Shown one piece after another: positions 39,561 through 53,450 of a stretch of DNA of 64,000 nt; position 1 is the stretch's first letter, and every line of letters starts with the position of its first letter. The position numbers and the translations under genes are program-made. The notes beneath the pieces are model-generated. The model was given only the letters and a program-made list of their open reading frames with translations, was not told the DNA's origin and searched no databases. Source of the stretch: Ramazzottius varieornatus (taxonomy: Eukaryota > Animalia > Tardigrada); contig BDGG01000002.1 of NCBI GenBank assembly GCA_001949185.1, forward strand, positions 186,001-250,000, written 5' to 3'.

Positions 39561-40284
39561 TCGGGTTGCGGTGTTGAACCTATCAAGCAAGCTGAAACTG
39601 CCTGCTCGCAGCCGGATGAACAGATGTATTTGGCCCGAACTTCGTGATTGTGATCTGATCTTGAGTGTCGGACAACAGGCTGCACCACATAGCAAGGTGT
39701 TCAGTACAATGGCTGGGTACCATGCAACCACCCTGATGGAGAATGGTTGGCCTTCGAATTTCCGCCTTGTTCGATTTGAACAAAATATGCTCAAAAATAA
39801 CCAGTATCTGCTAAGTGCTGACAGTGCAAGTTGGAAAGGTGGCTAATGTTCAGGGCAGCTACTGTTTTGTTGCTTTGCATGCAATTTTTATGCGCCAAGG
39901 ATTACTAGAGAGGGCCGCCGGAAAAACCTCCAGCGTAGTGAACTCAAATACCCTCCAGGCTCCAGACTGTGACAGTTGTTCTCTACACATCGCGATTGGT
40001 CTGTCACGGTTTGCTACGCCGAAGCGTTTCTGAATGCAAATCTGTGAGGATCTACGGGTTTATAATTTACACAATGCCCCGAAGTATAGCACGATTTGAC
40101 TGGTCAAGACAGTCAGGTAGTCACGGCAGCGCTCTTGAGTCCGCGAAAATCCTACCATCAAAGTGTGAATCTGTAGATACCATGCATACGAGTCCAAACA
40201 AGCATTGCCCACTGCAATTTTTGAAAACTAACGAATACTTGAGTAATGTGACGTATACATGGGAACCTGTGAAATAATCTGTCA

Positions 40285-43200
40285 TCATAGTTGAGCATCG
40301 TCAGGAGCGGATGGCACAAAGATATAGTGAACAGAGGAGGCCAAAGAATGGCTGGAGGTCTTGGTAGGCAGCAGTGGTGTCTGCGTCGCTAGACTCCGCG
40401 ACGACGTCATGACAGGTATGGCTAAACCATCGGCCAAGACCACGACGCTGTTGTGTCTCGTCCTGGCTGGATTCTCTTCCATGGCAATCTTTTGCAGTGC
40501 CTGCAGCGACCCATACACAAGGTCGGTGGCGGTGTTGGGATCTTTTAGCCGAGCTAACGTCATGGAGGCTAAGGGAAAGTCCTCCATCAGGTCAACCGAT
40601 CTCTCCTGCTTTTTCCTTCGGTGGAAACTGAGGAAACGTCGACGGGGAATACTGACGTAGCTTTGGTTGAGAGTGGCAAGGTTGTGCGGGGCGGAGGATG
40701 TACGATGAAGGGAGGTCAGTTGGGTCTTTGGAGGTCGTCGCGAAGCTCCGCAGTTGCGACACGTGTCATCTTGGCGGGCAGAGGACTTTCTTGAACAGAA
40801 GCGACCACAGCAAGAAAAGAGACAGCGAAAACAGGCATTGGGTCGAGGCTGGGCAGATGGAGACGAGTATGAAAGGGATAGCGGGGAAGAGTTGGGCAGG
40901 ACGGGGACTCGTTGGAGCGAGACCGGCGTGGAGGAGGAAGCTGTGGGGCTGGTCACAGTGAAAGGTTGGCGCTGTGGTTGCAAGGTCATTTCATAGCGGA
41001 GGTTGCGCTGCCGTTTGGCCTTGGAGATAAATGCGCAGCAGAGGATACGCTTGAAAGCGCGACGGAATTCAGGCGAGGCGGCAGCGTAGATGAATGGATT
41101 CTATGGAGAAGAATAATACGCCTGAATGGATGGCTGAAAGTCCAGGTCGTGTCATCAGGATCGAGACAAGTTGGGGATTTGGGCAGCCCGTCAAGCGCAT
41201 GCCACGGCACATGACAAAGCATTACCAAAAAGAAAGCATATTCACAGGCGAAATGTGAGAAGATGATGAATTATGAAGCTAAGCTTTGTCCTTGATAGAA
41301 TAAACGCCAGAGGTAAACAAGGAAGAGATATCAAATGTGTGTACTAATCGATTAGCGCACTGATGTCTTCATGTTGAACACTTGGTACATAAAACATTGC
41401 CAGGGTATCTGTGCGTGAGGATGGACTGAGATGGCACCCTTATGAGACGCCTGAAGCAGGGAAGCCGTCTTTGAAGCAAGTTGAGGGAAAAGAGACACGA
41501 ATAATTGACATGCAAAGCTGGGGAAGGAGCAAGATTTGATTACCGCAAAAGCGAAGGCAGTCAGTGTTGCAAATGCGGCGGACTCTATGCAAAAAGTATT
41601 CAAAGGGAAATTTGGCTAACTCTTGAGGGCAACTTCAGATAGCAGACGGGAGAGAGTTGCTTACCATTAGGCTGTTACAGTATCCCAGCCAGAAGAGAAT
41701 CTTCCACAGTATCACAGGGATTTGGCAGGAAACTGGACAGAGCACGCCTGCGGGAGAAGAGAAAAAAGCTTACTGTAGAAGGCGCAGTGTTTTTCATGTC
41801 TCGCTAACTGCTTCCATCGTTTTGCTGATGCCTGCATTACCATTTCTCCCCCCCCCCCCAGCATTACATGCCTCACTTTGATGATACGCAACGGAGTCGC
41901 AAGTGGCACTCAGTGCCAATCACGCCCCTTGATGCACTTCCTGACCGACTTTTGTCGACAGATTGCATTAGCCAGCTCGACGTCCAGCTTTCCGCAATAA
42001 CGAGGCCCGTTTTCTGGCCGACGCTGAGGACTTCATAGACCTGTTAGCGCTCAGCCTCGGACAACTCCATTAGCGATCGTAAATCAGGGAAATTACATGA
42101 GACTTCGGCCTAGAGATCATTTTGTGCTGTAGGCTGGCAATCAACGTCTGATAAGTGCCTATTAAAGTCGTCTGCAGCCCCGCCCAGCTAAACACGGGGT
42201 TCTTTAATGAGCGAAAATTTTGAAACTACTTTTAAAAAGTTGATATGTGTCGTGGGTTCGCAATAGGGGTCCTTAATTTTCCTTGTACAAGTGCCTCGTG
42301 AGTCGAGCATCATAGGGTGAATGAATTGTAGTCCAGTCTGCGCATACCGGAAGGCGGGCTTCATTGCAAAGTTCTGGAGGATTTACGGCTTTGTAAATTA
42401 AGCGTCTTGAGATTGCTGCATGTCATCAAGTATGATGGTTGATAAAATCACTGCTGACTTCGGGCAAGTGGGACCGTTAGGCTGCGTTTCGTAAGTCAGA
42501 AACCCTAGTTAACAACCAGCTTTTGCATACGTGACTGGTGACATCACGAACAGGGTAGGAGCTGGGTTAATGGTTAACTAGCATAAAAAAGGCTAGTTAA
42601 CAGTTAACCCGATTCAATCAAGCACGAGTAGATCACACTGCAATTTGATTGTTTAAGGTCGTCTTTTTCAAGCATCTTTCCAATGTTCGTTCTCAGCCGT
42701 AACGTCATCAATCACGTATCGGGTTGTCAACTAGGGTTGAATTACGAAACGCAGCCTTGAATTGTCGTACGACTCGTACGTCAGGAACAAGTCACAGCTG
42801 ATGTCTGTCGCGATCATTCCATCTCGTACGATGGAAACCACGATTGGGACCTCGATCGTAAACGGGCCACAACTCGAACTGAGTAGCCTTGCGCGTACTT
42901 TGGATCTTTGATGCGTTTGGATCTTTGATGGCGAGGCCAGTTTTCCATCAGGCGATCCCACACTACCGGTATATGCTCACGCCCATACATAATAAATTAT
43001 ACTTGCATACGAAGTCGATCTAGTAAATCTGCAAAGCGGTAGCTTTGTCTGGTACGAGTGGTGCTGAACGGCCACGCTTTCTTCTCACACACAGGTGGCG
43101 TCACGAGCGGGCATGGACAAACATTTTCTACTGCCTCTGAATGTCCCCGAGATAAGAATGGTTTGGAAGACAAGTGTGTCTGGTCAGTCCGGAAATAACT

Positions 43201-46200
43201 TCATAGTACTGAATGCAGTGATGCAACGCTTTGTCGCAGTTTGTAGGTTGCTGGAATGGTAGGGGGAGGTTCTTTGTTTAACGGACAGATCGTTCACGGC
43301 TTTTGAATAAACTACGGATAGCTATCGTAGTTTGTTCGTGGTTGGGGGGATAACAAGGTCTCCGAACCCCTGCTGGTTTGTCCGTCCAGCTTATACTCCA
43401 GATCAGAGCCGCTGAGCTTCTAGTGGAACTTGGCTGGGACCCGGAGAATCAGGGGTCATCCGAGACGTCAGAAAGACTATTATTCCACACCGGAAATCGC
43501 AACGGCGGCCACATCACAGGCTTCCCTGACAATAGGAGCTGAAAGGTTTCTAGTGCACTCAGTTTATGACTAGATTGCGAACAAATGTTTGCGTATAGGT
43601 TGAACTTGCGGTTGAGCGATTAACTATACGAGGTAAAAGTTGTAAACTTAGCCACCCTATACCAAGTTTGTAAAGTTAGCCACGGCTGTAGCGTCTATCG
43701 CTTGATTGACTATTTGATTGTCAGTCTTGGCTTTTTAACATGAGATTTCAACGTTCTTTTAATTGCGGATCTCTCTGATTCTCTTGACTCCTCGTGTTGA
43801 CTGTGCTTAACACTATTCAACAGCTCATTATTTCATCTATCGATCTATCCTTAAAAGTTGGGATTGAGTAGTACAGAACAGGCGAACTTAGACGGCTAAC
43901 TTTACAAACTCGGTATGGGGCGGCTAACTTTACAACCTTTCCATCGTAATCGAGGGTAAGATTACGTGCTTCTACAGTAATTATCAGGGGCTTCGTCGAA
44001 TGTAATTACGGAAGCACAGATTTACGATGCATTCTACCCAGCATGACATTGCATTACGGCACTGCGCGGCTGCTGCTAGAATTAAACTGAAGAATGGGGC
44101 GCAGGAACTCCACCCTGCCGTTATAGACACAGAATAGGGGAGAAAAAGAGATGATGCTGCCAGAAACGCCCGATGTTGATAGTGGCGATCTGGACTTTTT
44201 CTTTGTTGAAAACGCTAGTCTTCAATGGAATTAGCCGGAGTGTCAAGTGGCACACGTGAAGGGTAACTTGATCTGACAAGTTGTTGACGTACGGCTTTTC
44301 CAGAGTACTACGCTGGTTGTGGCTGGATGTCATGGACGTTTTGGGGCGAATGTAGCAAAGAGTGTAGGTGGTACTCACTGAGGGGAAGAATGAGGAAGAA
44401 GCCCTGCCACATGCAAATAAATCCAAAGATGATGATGGTGAGGGTGATGGTGGCTTTGCGCTGCTTGGCGAAGGATTTGGACAATTTGGCCGGTTGTTGA
44501 GGAGGGAGGTTGGCACTGGTGCTGGCGCTGGCACTGGCACTGGCACTGGCACTGGAGGGTGTGGCCAAGAGGTGGGAGTTATTGCTGTCGCGACAGGCCT
44601 GTTCCGAGGTGGAGGAGGTACTGCTGTTGATGGGGCGTTTATCGAACTTGCGGTTGTGGACGCGCATGGTCATGACGGTGCCGTCGTGGTTGAGGAGGGA
44701 GCCACGCTTGAAGCCGCTGCGCAGCGACTGGACGTGGCGACGGGCTGTCTGCCAGATGCGGGCGTATAGGATGAGGATGATGACCAGCGGGATGTAGTAG
44801 GATACACTGACGCTAAACAAGACGTAACTGATATCCGTTTGGACGTTGCACTTGTAGGGATTGGCTTCTTCCGGCGTACTCCAACCCATAAAAGGCACCA
44901 CCGAAATAACCAGCGATAACGTCCAAATGGCGCAGATCATCCCCAGCATCCGCTGACGCGTCATAATCCTATACCACCAGACATACACTCAATTAAATTT
45001 GAACCAATGACCAGTCGCGATCGCGGTATGCGTTTATTCATCATTGTGCATTTTCTTATTTACGATCGACTGAGCATCCCGATATGATGAATCAGACTGT
45101 TCTTCACAGATACATGAGGCACGCTTCTAGTCAAGAACACTGGAAACGTGCGCCACTTGGGAAAACAAGCGGTCTTGACCAGCTCGTTTTCCCAAGTTAC
45201 GCACTGTTCAACTAGTAGCATGGAAAATGTGCGCCACTAGAAACGACGATGGGGTCGAGCTGGCTTGCGTTGGTCCCATCCGTTATCAACTGGGAGCAAG
45301 AAGACACGTGGATAACTTATTTGCGTCGCGAAACTAATGAGATGAAAGTCAAGGATGGTTGTTCCGGCACACAACATGTTTTGTGTTGGAAACGATGCAT
45401 GGATCCCACTGAGCGCTATGCGGAGTTGCGCACTAATGCTAGAATAGAAGTGGGCGTCGTATTGTATTGACACAGTGATGAAGTTTTAATAAAGACGAAT
45501 GAAGGCCTATTATTGATGAAAATTAGTCCAAGATAAACTGGGTGTCGTTAGCGGGCCCGGGTGTCATAAACTTGTCATTGAGACAATAAAACAAGGATAA
45601 CATTGGAACATGCCTTTACTTCACAGCGGAGCCAAGTACACTTCATCCCGGCTCTTGCGGCTAACCGTCCCCTCCTTCGCTAACCACGAAGACCCGTGCC
45701 AGTAACTGTCCAGTTTGCATCGCAGACAGTCTTTTTCATTCATGATGTTGGCGAAAGAGAATGCCATGCAGGGACGGGCTGACTTTGCTGCCAGGATTAA
45801 TTATAATGACGCCTGATCTGGTAATGCAGCCAGACAATCCCGACGGATAACGAGCTGTAATCCCTAATCCCCACTATTTGTGGACGAGAAGTTTTCTCAT
45901 GACGTAGTCTTGGAGCTGTTCTTGTTATTCTCGCTCGCTGATTTCTAAAACCAATTCATCGCATGGAAAATGGCCAAAAATACAAATTTTGAAAGTTGCA
46001 TGGCGTTCTGCTTCGCGATGATTTTCAAGTACAGAAGCCAAGGTTTCTTTGAGACCGAGGAGGCCCTGACACAGTGCCGTACACTAATTCCTAGCTGACT
46101 GCGATTCTGTCGATTGCGGAAAATTGATAGTTTACTTTTGATAAGCTCGGTAGATGGGACAAGAACGTACCCGGCATAGGCTAGTGGTCGGGTGACGCCG

Positions 46201-46711
46201 ACCAGACGATCCAGCGCAATGGATACCAATGACCTGTTGAGAGAGGAAGACCGTGTCTTTACGGGGAAAAGCCATGTGTAAAGGGAGTAGTGATCTGTGA
46301 AGGGTAATTTAGCATGGTCAGCAAGAGCAGACACAGTACCAACCAGATCGATCCGGTACAGCACAGCACATCCACAGCTGCCCATACCGTACAGAAAAAC
46401 CTCCCGAAAATCCATTGGTCATTCAAGAATTCCAGACTGGCCGAAAACGGGAAGACTGACCAGCCCAGCGTCATATCGAAGACAGCCAAGTTGGCAATCA
46501 ACAATGAGTGTCGCTGGGCCCGCAACTGCCGGTCAGTGGCCACCGCCATCAGTACCATCAGGTTTCCCCCCACCGTCAACACCGTGAATATGATTAAAAG
46601 TATTCCAACTGGCACGGCGTAGACCAGGTCTGGCGGAGAGAATCGGTACTCGGTGACATTCAATGTGATGTTAGGCAGGTTTGTAATAAAAGAAACCGTT
46701 GCAGTGGACAT
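40285..46711 (-). CDS. Aminergic class A GPCR, alpha1-adrenergic-receptor-like (exons 46344-46711, 46171-46233, 44379-44968, 41665-41747, 40285-41100)
   Basis: GNLMV, NLAVFD, VFPFSASLE, WAAVDVLCCTGSI (Asp3.32), DRL, YVLFSVSVSYYIP, KQRKATITL, FWLGYCNSLMNPFIY, EFRRAFKRIL. All splice phases are compatible. Confidence 0.9.
43627..43948. mobile_element. MITE with ~55-bp imperfect TIRs and TA ends, in a GPCR intron
   Basis: Left tacgaggtaaaagttgtaaacttagccacccctataccaagtttgtaaagttagcc versus reverse complement of the right end tacgatggaaaggttgtaaagttagccgccccataccgagtttgtaaagttagcc. Confidence 0.8.
44510..44556 (-). repeat. (GCCAGT)n-like coding repeat giving a poly-(Ser-Ala) tract in GPCR intracellular loop 3
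   Basis: ggcact/ggcgct hexamers on the plus strand; translation SSASASASASASTSA. Confidence 0.8.
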
Positions 46712-49696
46712 GTCGGCTTTCCTCTAGCATGATTAGCTGCGATAGATAGATGGTCGCCACGACGTAATTTTATAGATCGTCAATAATCAATTTAAAACCG
46801 GGACATACAACTTTGATCACTCAAAAGCCGACATCGGCACTTGGAATTACCCATTCCAATCTTCGCTTGGATGAAAATGATAGAGCAGGGAAGCATTGCT
46901 TGTTATTATAACAGTTATAAGTTGACGATGGATAAACGATGAGATCAAGTTGCAGGAAGACCACCCAGAAGCTAAGAAGTAAAGCAGCCGTCTTGTCAAG
47001 GGGATTACAGCATCTTCTAAATAGGATATCCGCTCGTGCTATGTGCAGATACCACGTTGAAGACTTTGTATCGACGAGAGACTTCCGGATATCTCTCTTC
47101 TGTCCATTTTGCATGCCTATCATCTACTAGATCTCTGCTGTTTCTGTAATGCATTACGTGCTTGCACTGTGTATCGTTCTTGATTTCGAGGACCGTGGAT
47201 AGCCCACTGCGACTACAGAGCTGTAGGGTACTCGGGAAGAGGGCGGCCCTTCCGCCTTAATTCACTTTCCCACGGTCGGCCAATGACAAGATGGCACATT
47301 CACATGCCATTAAATCTCATCAGTGCCCAACTCCGTTTCATCATTACCAAGACGCGAGACGGCTTTCTGATCATCGCCACATGTGGGAGGTCCGCAAACG
47401 TAACGTGCCGCATTAGTGCTCCAGATGGCGCACGTTCCCCTTGGAATTGGCTAGAAGGGTGCGCCACTCAGGAGAAATAATCTTGCCCACTTTCACAGTC
47501 TTTTCAAGTGGCGCATCTTCTCGATGCTATGGCCTTAAGTCTGCGCCACTTGAAAAAACACGCTTCAGCGTTTCGTTTGTCGGTCTCCCATTTCGATTTC
47601 CGCGTGAAAAAAGTTTGCAAACTGAAGTGTCGCGTATACAGCTATGTGGCTGTGAGGAATGCGGTCGCATACTGCCAGCGACGAGTTTTTTGATGAGTCG
47701 AGAAAGTCTCGACGACAACGTGTCAAACATGATCTATGTAAGCTGAAAGGAAAGAGCCAGAGAAGCAAAGGCAAAGAAATGCGCGTAGCTGCCAGCAGAT
47801 ACCTTAACACGTTCCAACTTTCCTGTATCTCGGACCCATGTACTGTACGTCCCTTCGTTCCAGCCACATACAGTAATTATTTTAGTGTAGACGAGTTCGC
47901 TGAATTATGTAGGATGGTTTCTGGTACGCTGATTGATGAAAATCCCATCAAATGATTGATGTCATTAGCGAGTGGACAAGTTGCTTGAGTGTAATTGGCT
48001 TTCAGACTTAGCTAAACCAACTCCAAATCCATTACAATGGTCCGAGCGCAGAAACTTCCGGCGAAGAACCTAGTTTGCCTTCTACATGATTTCGTTATGC
48101 TCAAAGGAGAGCTTTCTGTCGTGAACCAGTGGGGAACTTTTAGCTACAGATCGATCTCTGTTGTAACGGTTGGGCTTCGAATAAATATAATTGCGGTGGG
48201 AGAAAAAATTGAATTTAAAATTTGGTAAACAGCTTTTGATCCCGAGAGAAACCCAACATGAGTGAAGTCAGTCAAGCGAAGCATCATGGTAAATTGCTCA
48301 AGGCTACGAACGACAAGGGTAGTCGTTTCTCACCCGCAGTGAAAACCTCAAGAAGTGACGAAGCTCGGTCCTACTGTACGAGTACTGTACTTTTGCGTGC
48401 CAGTTGGACTTTGCATTAAGTGTGCTGGGACTAGGGAATTCATGAAGGCGACAAGTTTGTGAGCAGCTCATGTCTCGCTTTATTTTTTAGCCTAACGACG
48501 TTATAAGCCTCTCATTGATTTTTTCAAGAGAGCCATGTACTATGCTGGGCTGTGGTCCGTCACCGTAAAATGGTGGTTTTCTGCTCGACAATTGGCAAGA
48601 TCAGCTTGTGAGTGTATTCAATCACAGCTTTATTGATTTTACTAGCTGCTCCTTTCAAAGACCATCAAAAGACACCATGAAAGACTTGATGGAGAGACAA
48701 CAAGAGCAACTCAATCACTTTCACTCCCTCTTTTTCTTCCTTGGCCACCAGGGTCTTCCTCGCACTTGAACAACTTTGGCCGCAGCCGCTTCTATCGCCG
48801 AACGAGGGACCGATGGCGGAAGTGGCCTGCAGCTACAGCTGCAGGCGACAGGACTCGACTTGATTGCCAGCTAGTTAGCTTGTGGAGTCGCCACCATAAA
48901 TTGGCCGGTTAATTAATATACTGGTGTAATGGCGCTCGTGACACTTATAGTCCCGTCCATGTCGAGATGTGCCTATAAATCACAGCTTAGCCCAGTTCAT
49001 TCCCTGTGTTCAGCCAAGCAGCTCAATGGCGTGCCCCTGCGCAAAAGGGCGGCAGTCGGTAACCAGTACTGACAAAAGTCTGCAACGGAAGGGGATGCAG
49101 CCCTTTCTTGACACAAAAGGCAGCTGATAATTCACCAAGCTGCCTCTATCGTCGAACATATCATTTCCGTTCTTCTTCTTCCACATTCGTCAAGCCTCAC
49201 CATCGTCACGTTGATATACTGTGAGTGTGGCAAGCAAAAGTGGCGCAGATGCCTACAGCGACCTCCGCACTTTGGACATGTTACTGCGCATGCGGACAGG
49301 TCAGCGACGTCAAAACAAGTGTCAATGTTCTAAGCGTAGGACTTGGCTTCTGTTCGTCGAAAGAAACAGAATGGCTTGATGGTCATGCCAGTTCCGAAGC
49401 AACTCTTGGTGAAACAACGCGGCAGCTTCCAGTGCAGTACTATCTAACGGTGAAAGATGCGGAACCAGAATGCCAGCCAGCTTGTATGTCCGCTGAAAAC
49501 TAGGCTTCATAAAGTAAAATACGCCCAAGATGGACAGAACGTGATGGTGCACGCGTAAAGCCCTTTCGCGCACTTGGGCTTCCGCTGCACAAGGGGGCAG
49601 CACATATCCAATGACATCAAACTGTAGGATATTAATATCTCGCAAAGGTTAATATTCCAGTCGATGACGAGTATTCTTTTATGGAGTTCGTACACT

Positions 49697-50674
49697 TCAA
49701 GCGGATGACGCCACTTGTCTGGACATAGCGGGGGTGAAGCGGCTGCCGGACATGGGACGGGCATAGGATGGTGCAACTGGCGGCACCGCATCAAATGTGA
49801 CAGTGGCCAGCGGCTCAGCTTCTTGGCCCTCACTTCCCTCTCCGTTCTGGAAGGCGCACTTATCCGTGATGGAAACGTCGGCTTTCCTGATGGCAACGGC
49901 CACCGTCGCCGCGCCGACGCAGAGGGAGATGGTGGCCAGTCGCATCAACAGTAACAGAAGGACGGTGGCCCGTTCGGCACATCTCGACTTGTCTTCCGGA
50001 TCAGTGCAGGCAATTAACAAGTTTGTTACGTCGTACTGTGCATAGATGAGCACAAGGACGAAAGCAATAACGGAGGCCACCGCCAAGATCAGGTTGAGAA
50101 TGATGCAGGTGATGAGCGAATTCCTGGCTGGTCTTTCGATACTGAAACGAGCACAGTATACGGCCAGGCCGCCCAGTGCAACGTTCAGCACACCGGACCA
50201 GATGCGGGAATAGGACAGGTCAATGTCATTGACAATGGGGTAGGGAACCACTGAAATGGAAACAGATGAGCAGAAGGAAAGCATAGGCGAACAATCTCGA
50301 CAGGGTCGTTTTGCCCAAGTGGCGCACGCTGTCGGCCAACAGCACCGACAACATGCACCACTTGAGAAAGCCATGTTGCCGACTTTACTTGCCGTGCTCC
50401 CAAATAAACGCTCTGACACGAAGAAAAATGCGCATTCGGAAATTTAAAGTCAAGCGGTACCTGTGAGCGTTAGCAATAAGGAGAAAAATCCAAGGAAGAT
50501 TTGTAGGAAGCCCAGACCCTTGAGGTTTGCTCGTCGAGTGCATTCTTCGACGGGGAAATTTCGTCCAACTGAAGAGTTGATTCTGCGCACCGTAGTGCGG
50601 ACGATACAGCGTTCAGATGGAGATGGTGCTGGACGTTGCATAATTTTGGAGAGGGCGCGGATAACTTTTGACAT
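49697..50674 (-). CDS. MS4A/CD20-like four-transmembrane protein (exons 50461-50674, 49697-50250)
   Basis: LGFLQIFLG in TM1, YSRIWSG before TM2, four hydrophobic segments and a Cys pair in the last loop. Phase-1 GT-AG junction. Start codon uncertain. Confidence 0.6.
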
Positions 50675-52479
50675 TGTTCGGGCTCCATCCACCGATGGTG
50701 GTCTGCAGAGTGCCTTTGGCAAAAAGTACCAGCGGAAAGTGGCTCTAATAGACCGTTTCCGGGTGCTGATGGTGCATGGCTCCTCTGAATTGAAGTTGTC
50801 ATTCTCCAAGTTTCCGTCTCTGATGCTGTCGCTGCCTCAGCTTCCTGTACTTTTACAGTACAGCGAACCGTTGCGTGTAATGTCAATATCGTTCCGCAGA
50901 AACATATGTGTGTACCGTAATTCTTCGCAGGCCGTGGACCACTGAACTTTGTTTACGGCTGGCTGGCTGCAACTCTCGGTGCACGTCTGAGATGCCACTT
51001 GTTCGCCTGTTTTACGGGTGTCTCGTAGTAGTTCACACATGGCTGTAGTACACTGCCTATCTTGTAATCACTGTCAGTGTCGAAAGACGTTACAAGGTTC
51101 CTCGTTGCGGCATGCAGGGCTCTGCATCTGGCAGCTCATACGTGAAACTATGTCCATTGCAGTTCGGCCTGGCGGCTGTATCAGCAGGGAGTGGAAAGAG
51201 TTATTAATACTGCCGTTCGCGTAAGCCGAGAGAACCGTGCTGACATTGTCGGATCCCTACTCTTGGCAATGTGCCCAATCAAGTATGGAAAGTGCGCATC
51301 CGGTTCATGTGGTGCGTAAAGAAAGACATGCACAGAGGTCCCGTTGGATGCGTTAATGTTGATGAACATGACGATAAGGATGGAGACCATGCTCATCATG
51401 CACGATGCTAGCAATGCCGAGCGGGACGATTACAGAGGAGGAAACTCCATCATACTTAGGGGAATCCGGCATGGCTTCTCCATGTCGAAAAGTGGGCACT
51501 GCAGTCATAACTGGATGGCGAGTGCACTGCACCCAAACAAATGGTGAGCCCCCCAGAATATGTGACATCGGTAGGTACATGCCATGCCTAATGCCTATTC
51601 AGTTAGTGGTCCCCCAGCTGTACAGCACGGTGATATCAAAAAGATTGAACGGTCCGATCGCTGATTAGAGTACAGGCAGAAAAACGCCAACCCACTTGTG
51701 TATGCGCACAGCTGAGCGGGAGCATGTCAATATGTGTGTGCTTGTCACGCCCTACTATGAGCTGAGGATTCACCACGCACCGCGATACACGAAATGGCAG
51801 GCGACACGCACACGTTCGAACGAAGCTTCAGTGTTTCTAAACCAATCGAAACCTTGTGTTTCCACGTTGCGACAAAGCCTTGTGGGAAGTTCGATAAAGC
51901 TGATGCCATTTTAACCGTTCGAGCAACCAACCTCCCAGACTAGTACTGAATAGGCACTGGTACATGTCTCATGGCTGATAGATAGATCTAGGCTTCTTTA
52001 CTTTTACATGCCATGGGAAAGAGGGAAAGACGCAAACGAATCAGTGACAAAAGGGCTGAGCGCCTGGAGGAACATGACACAATTGGACTGGAGTTACTGT
52101 GGATCGAGTTTTGCGGTCCCCAACGCCCATGACCGTCACCTGTGTTTGCTTTGTGTGGCATTTGTCCTGTATGTTGTATGTTGCAAACTGTGGCTTTACC
52201 TGCCGTTCGTCCAACGATCTGACCACTACACTCACTGAGTACACTCAGAGGGGATGAAGCGGCATTAAGTGTATGCAGATAGCCATTTTTGGTTTCTTGC
52301 CGAATATAAAGCAATGGCATTGAATGGCCTGTTGGGCTTGACAATGGAAACCAGCGATCCTGGCAACTTTATCGAGCTGCCGACCGTCAGCGTTTTGCTC
52401 GACAATGACTTCGGCGAAGTACTTCTCTGACCAACTTTGGTGTATTTATGTTGCGAAATCTGACAGTGGACGTACAGTA

Positions 52480-53450
52480 TGGCAGAATATGTTTGTCACT
52501 TTGTTCCCCAGTTGGACCACCTTTGAGATCGTCAAGGTTCCACAATAATTTCAATACCTTCTATCGGTCTATACCTAAACCCTCGGACTAAACTGAAGTC
52601 CTTCGACCTGAGCTGTAACCCATTCCCCAATGGCTACAAATATTTCTTCGAAGGACTACAGCGAAAAAACCTGAAGTTGCTCAACTTCAGTCTTTGCCAG
52701 AACTATACTCAATCTCCACCCTTACTCGACCTGGAAGACTTGTCCATCCTGCCACCTTTGAAGAGTCTCATACTCAGCGCTGGCTCGTACAAGAAGTGGA
52801 TCTCCACTCTGTTCTATCTGACCAATGGAACTTCCAACAGTCTGAAAGAACTCCACCTGGCCAAGTCGACAATTGTATCACGCACCTCTATACGAAGACC
52901 GTACCATCGTCACACTCACTGGAACTTCTCAACCTCGATGGCAGCTTTCTTCAGTCGTTAACACCAGCAGCCTTTCCCAAAGCCCCGAACCTGAAGACGA
53001 TGAAATTGAGCCGCAACAAGTTCTCGTCTGACGAAAAGGGTCTCCAAAAAGTTGGAGAATTTCGATTTGGCCCACAACGACATCGATCGGATCACCCGGT
53101 GGCGCGTCCGACAGACTTCCAACGTTAAAGAGTCTACTTGTCGCGATCGGACGGAATCCCGCGGAAGCGCAGGAAATGTTCATCGACGGTAGGAAAGAGC
53201 TGCTGTACTTAGGTATACTGTACAGAATACAACATTTCGTGTCTGAAGCCCGACTTCTTCCAGCAGTCACCGCAACTGCGCTGGGTTCCACCCGTCGTGT
53301 ACAACCTGACCCAGGTCGACCCCGCACTTTATGCAGCGTAACGAGTACTTGTTGTCGCTCATCAACATCAGCATCACTACAATTGTGGTTCCTGACCACG
53401 ACTTTCATCGCGGACTGAGAGACTTTATCAGCGTGACTATCCTCAATGCC
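52480..53450 (+). pseudogene. Second LRR (Toll-ectodomain-like) pseudogene
   Basis: KLKSFDLSCNPF, NLKLLNFS, SLKELHLAKS, SLELLNLDGSFLQSL, NLKTMKLSRNKF and LENFDLAHNDI in shifting frames. Confidence 0.7.
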
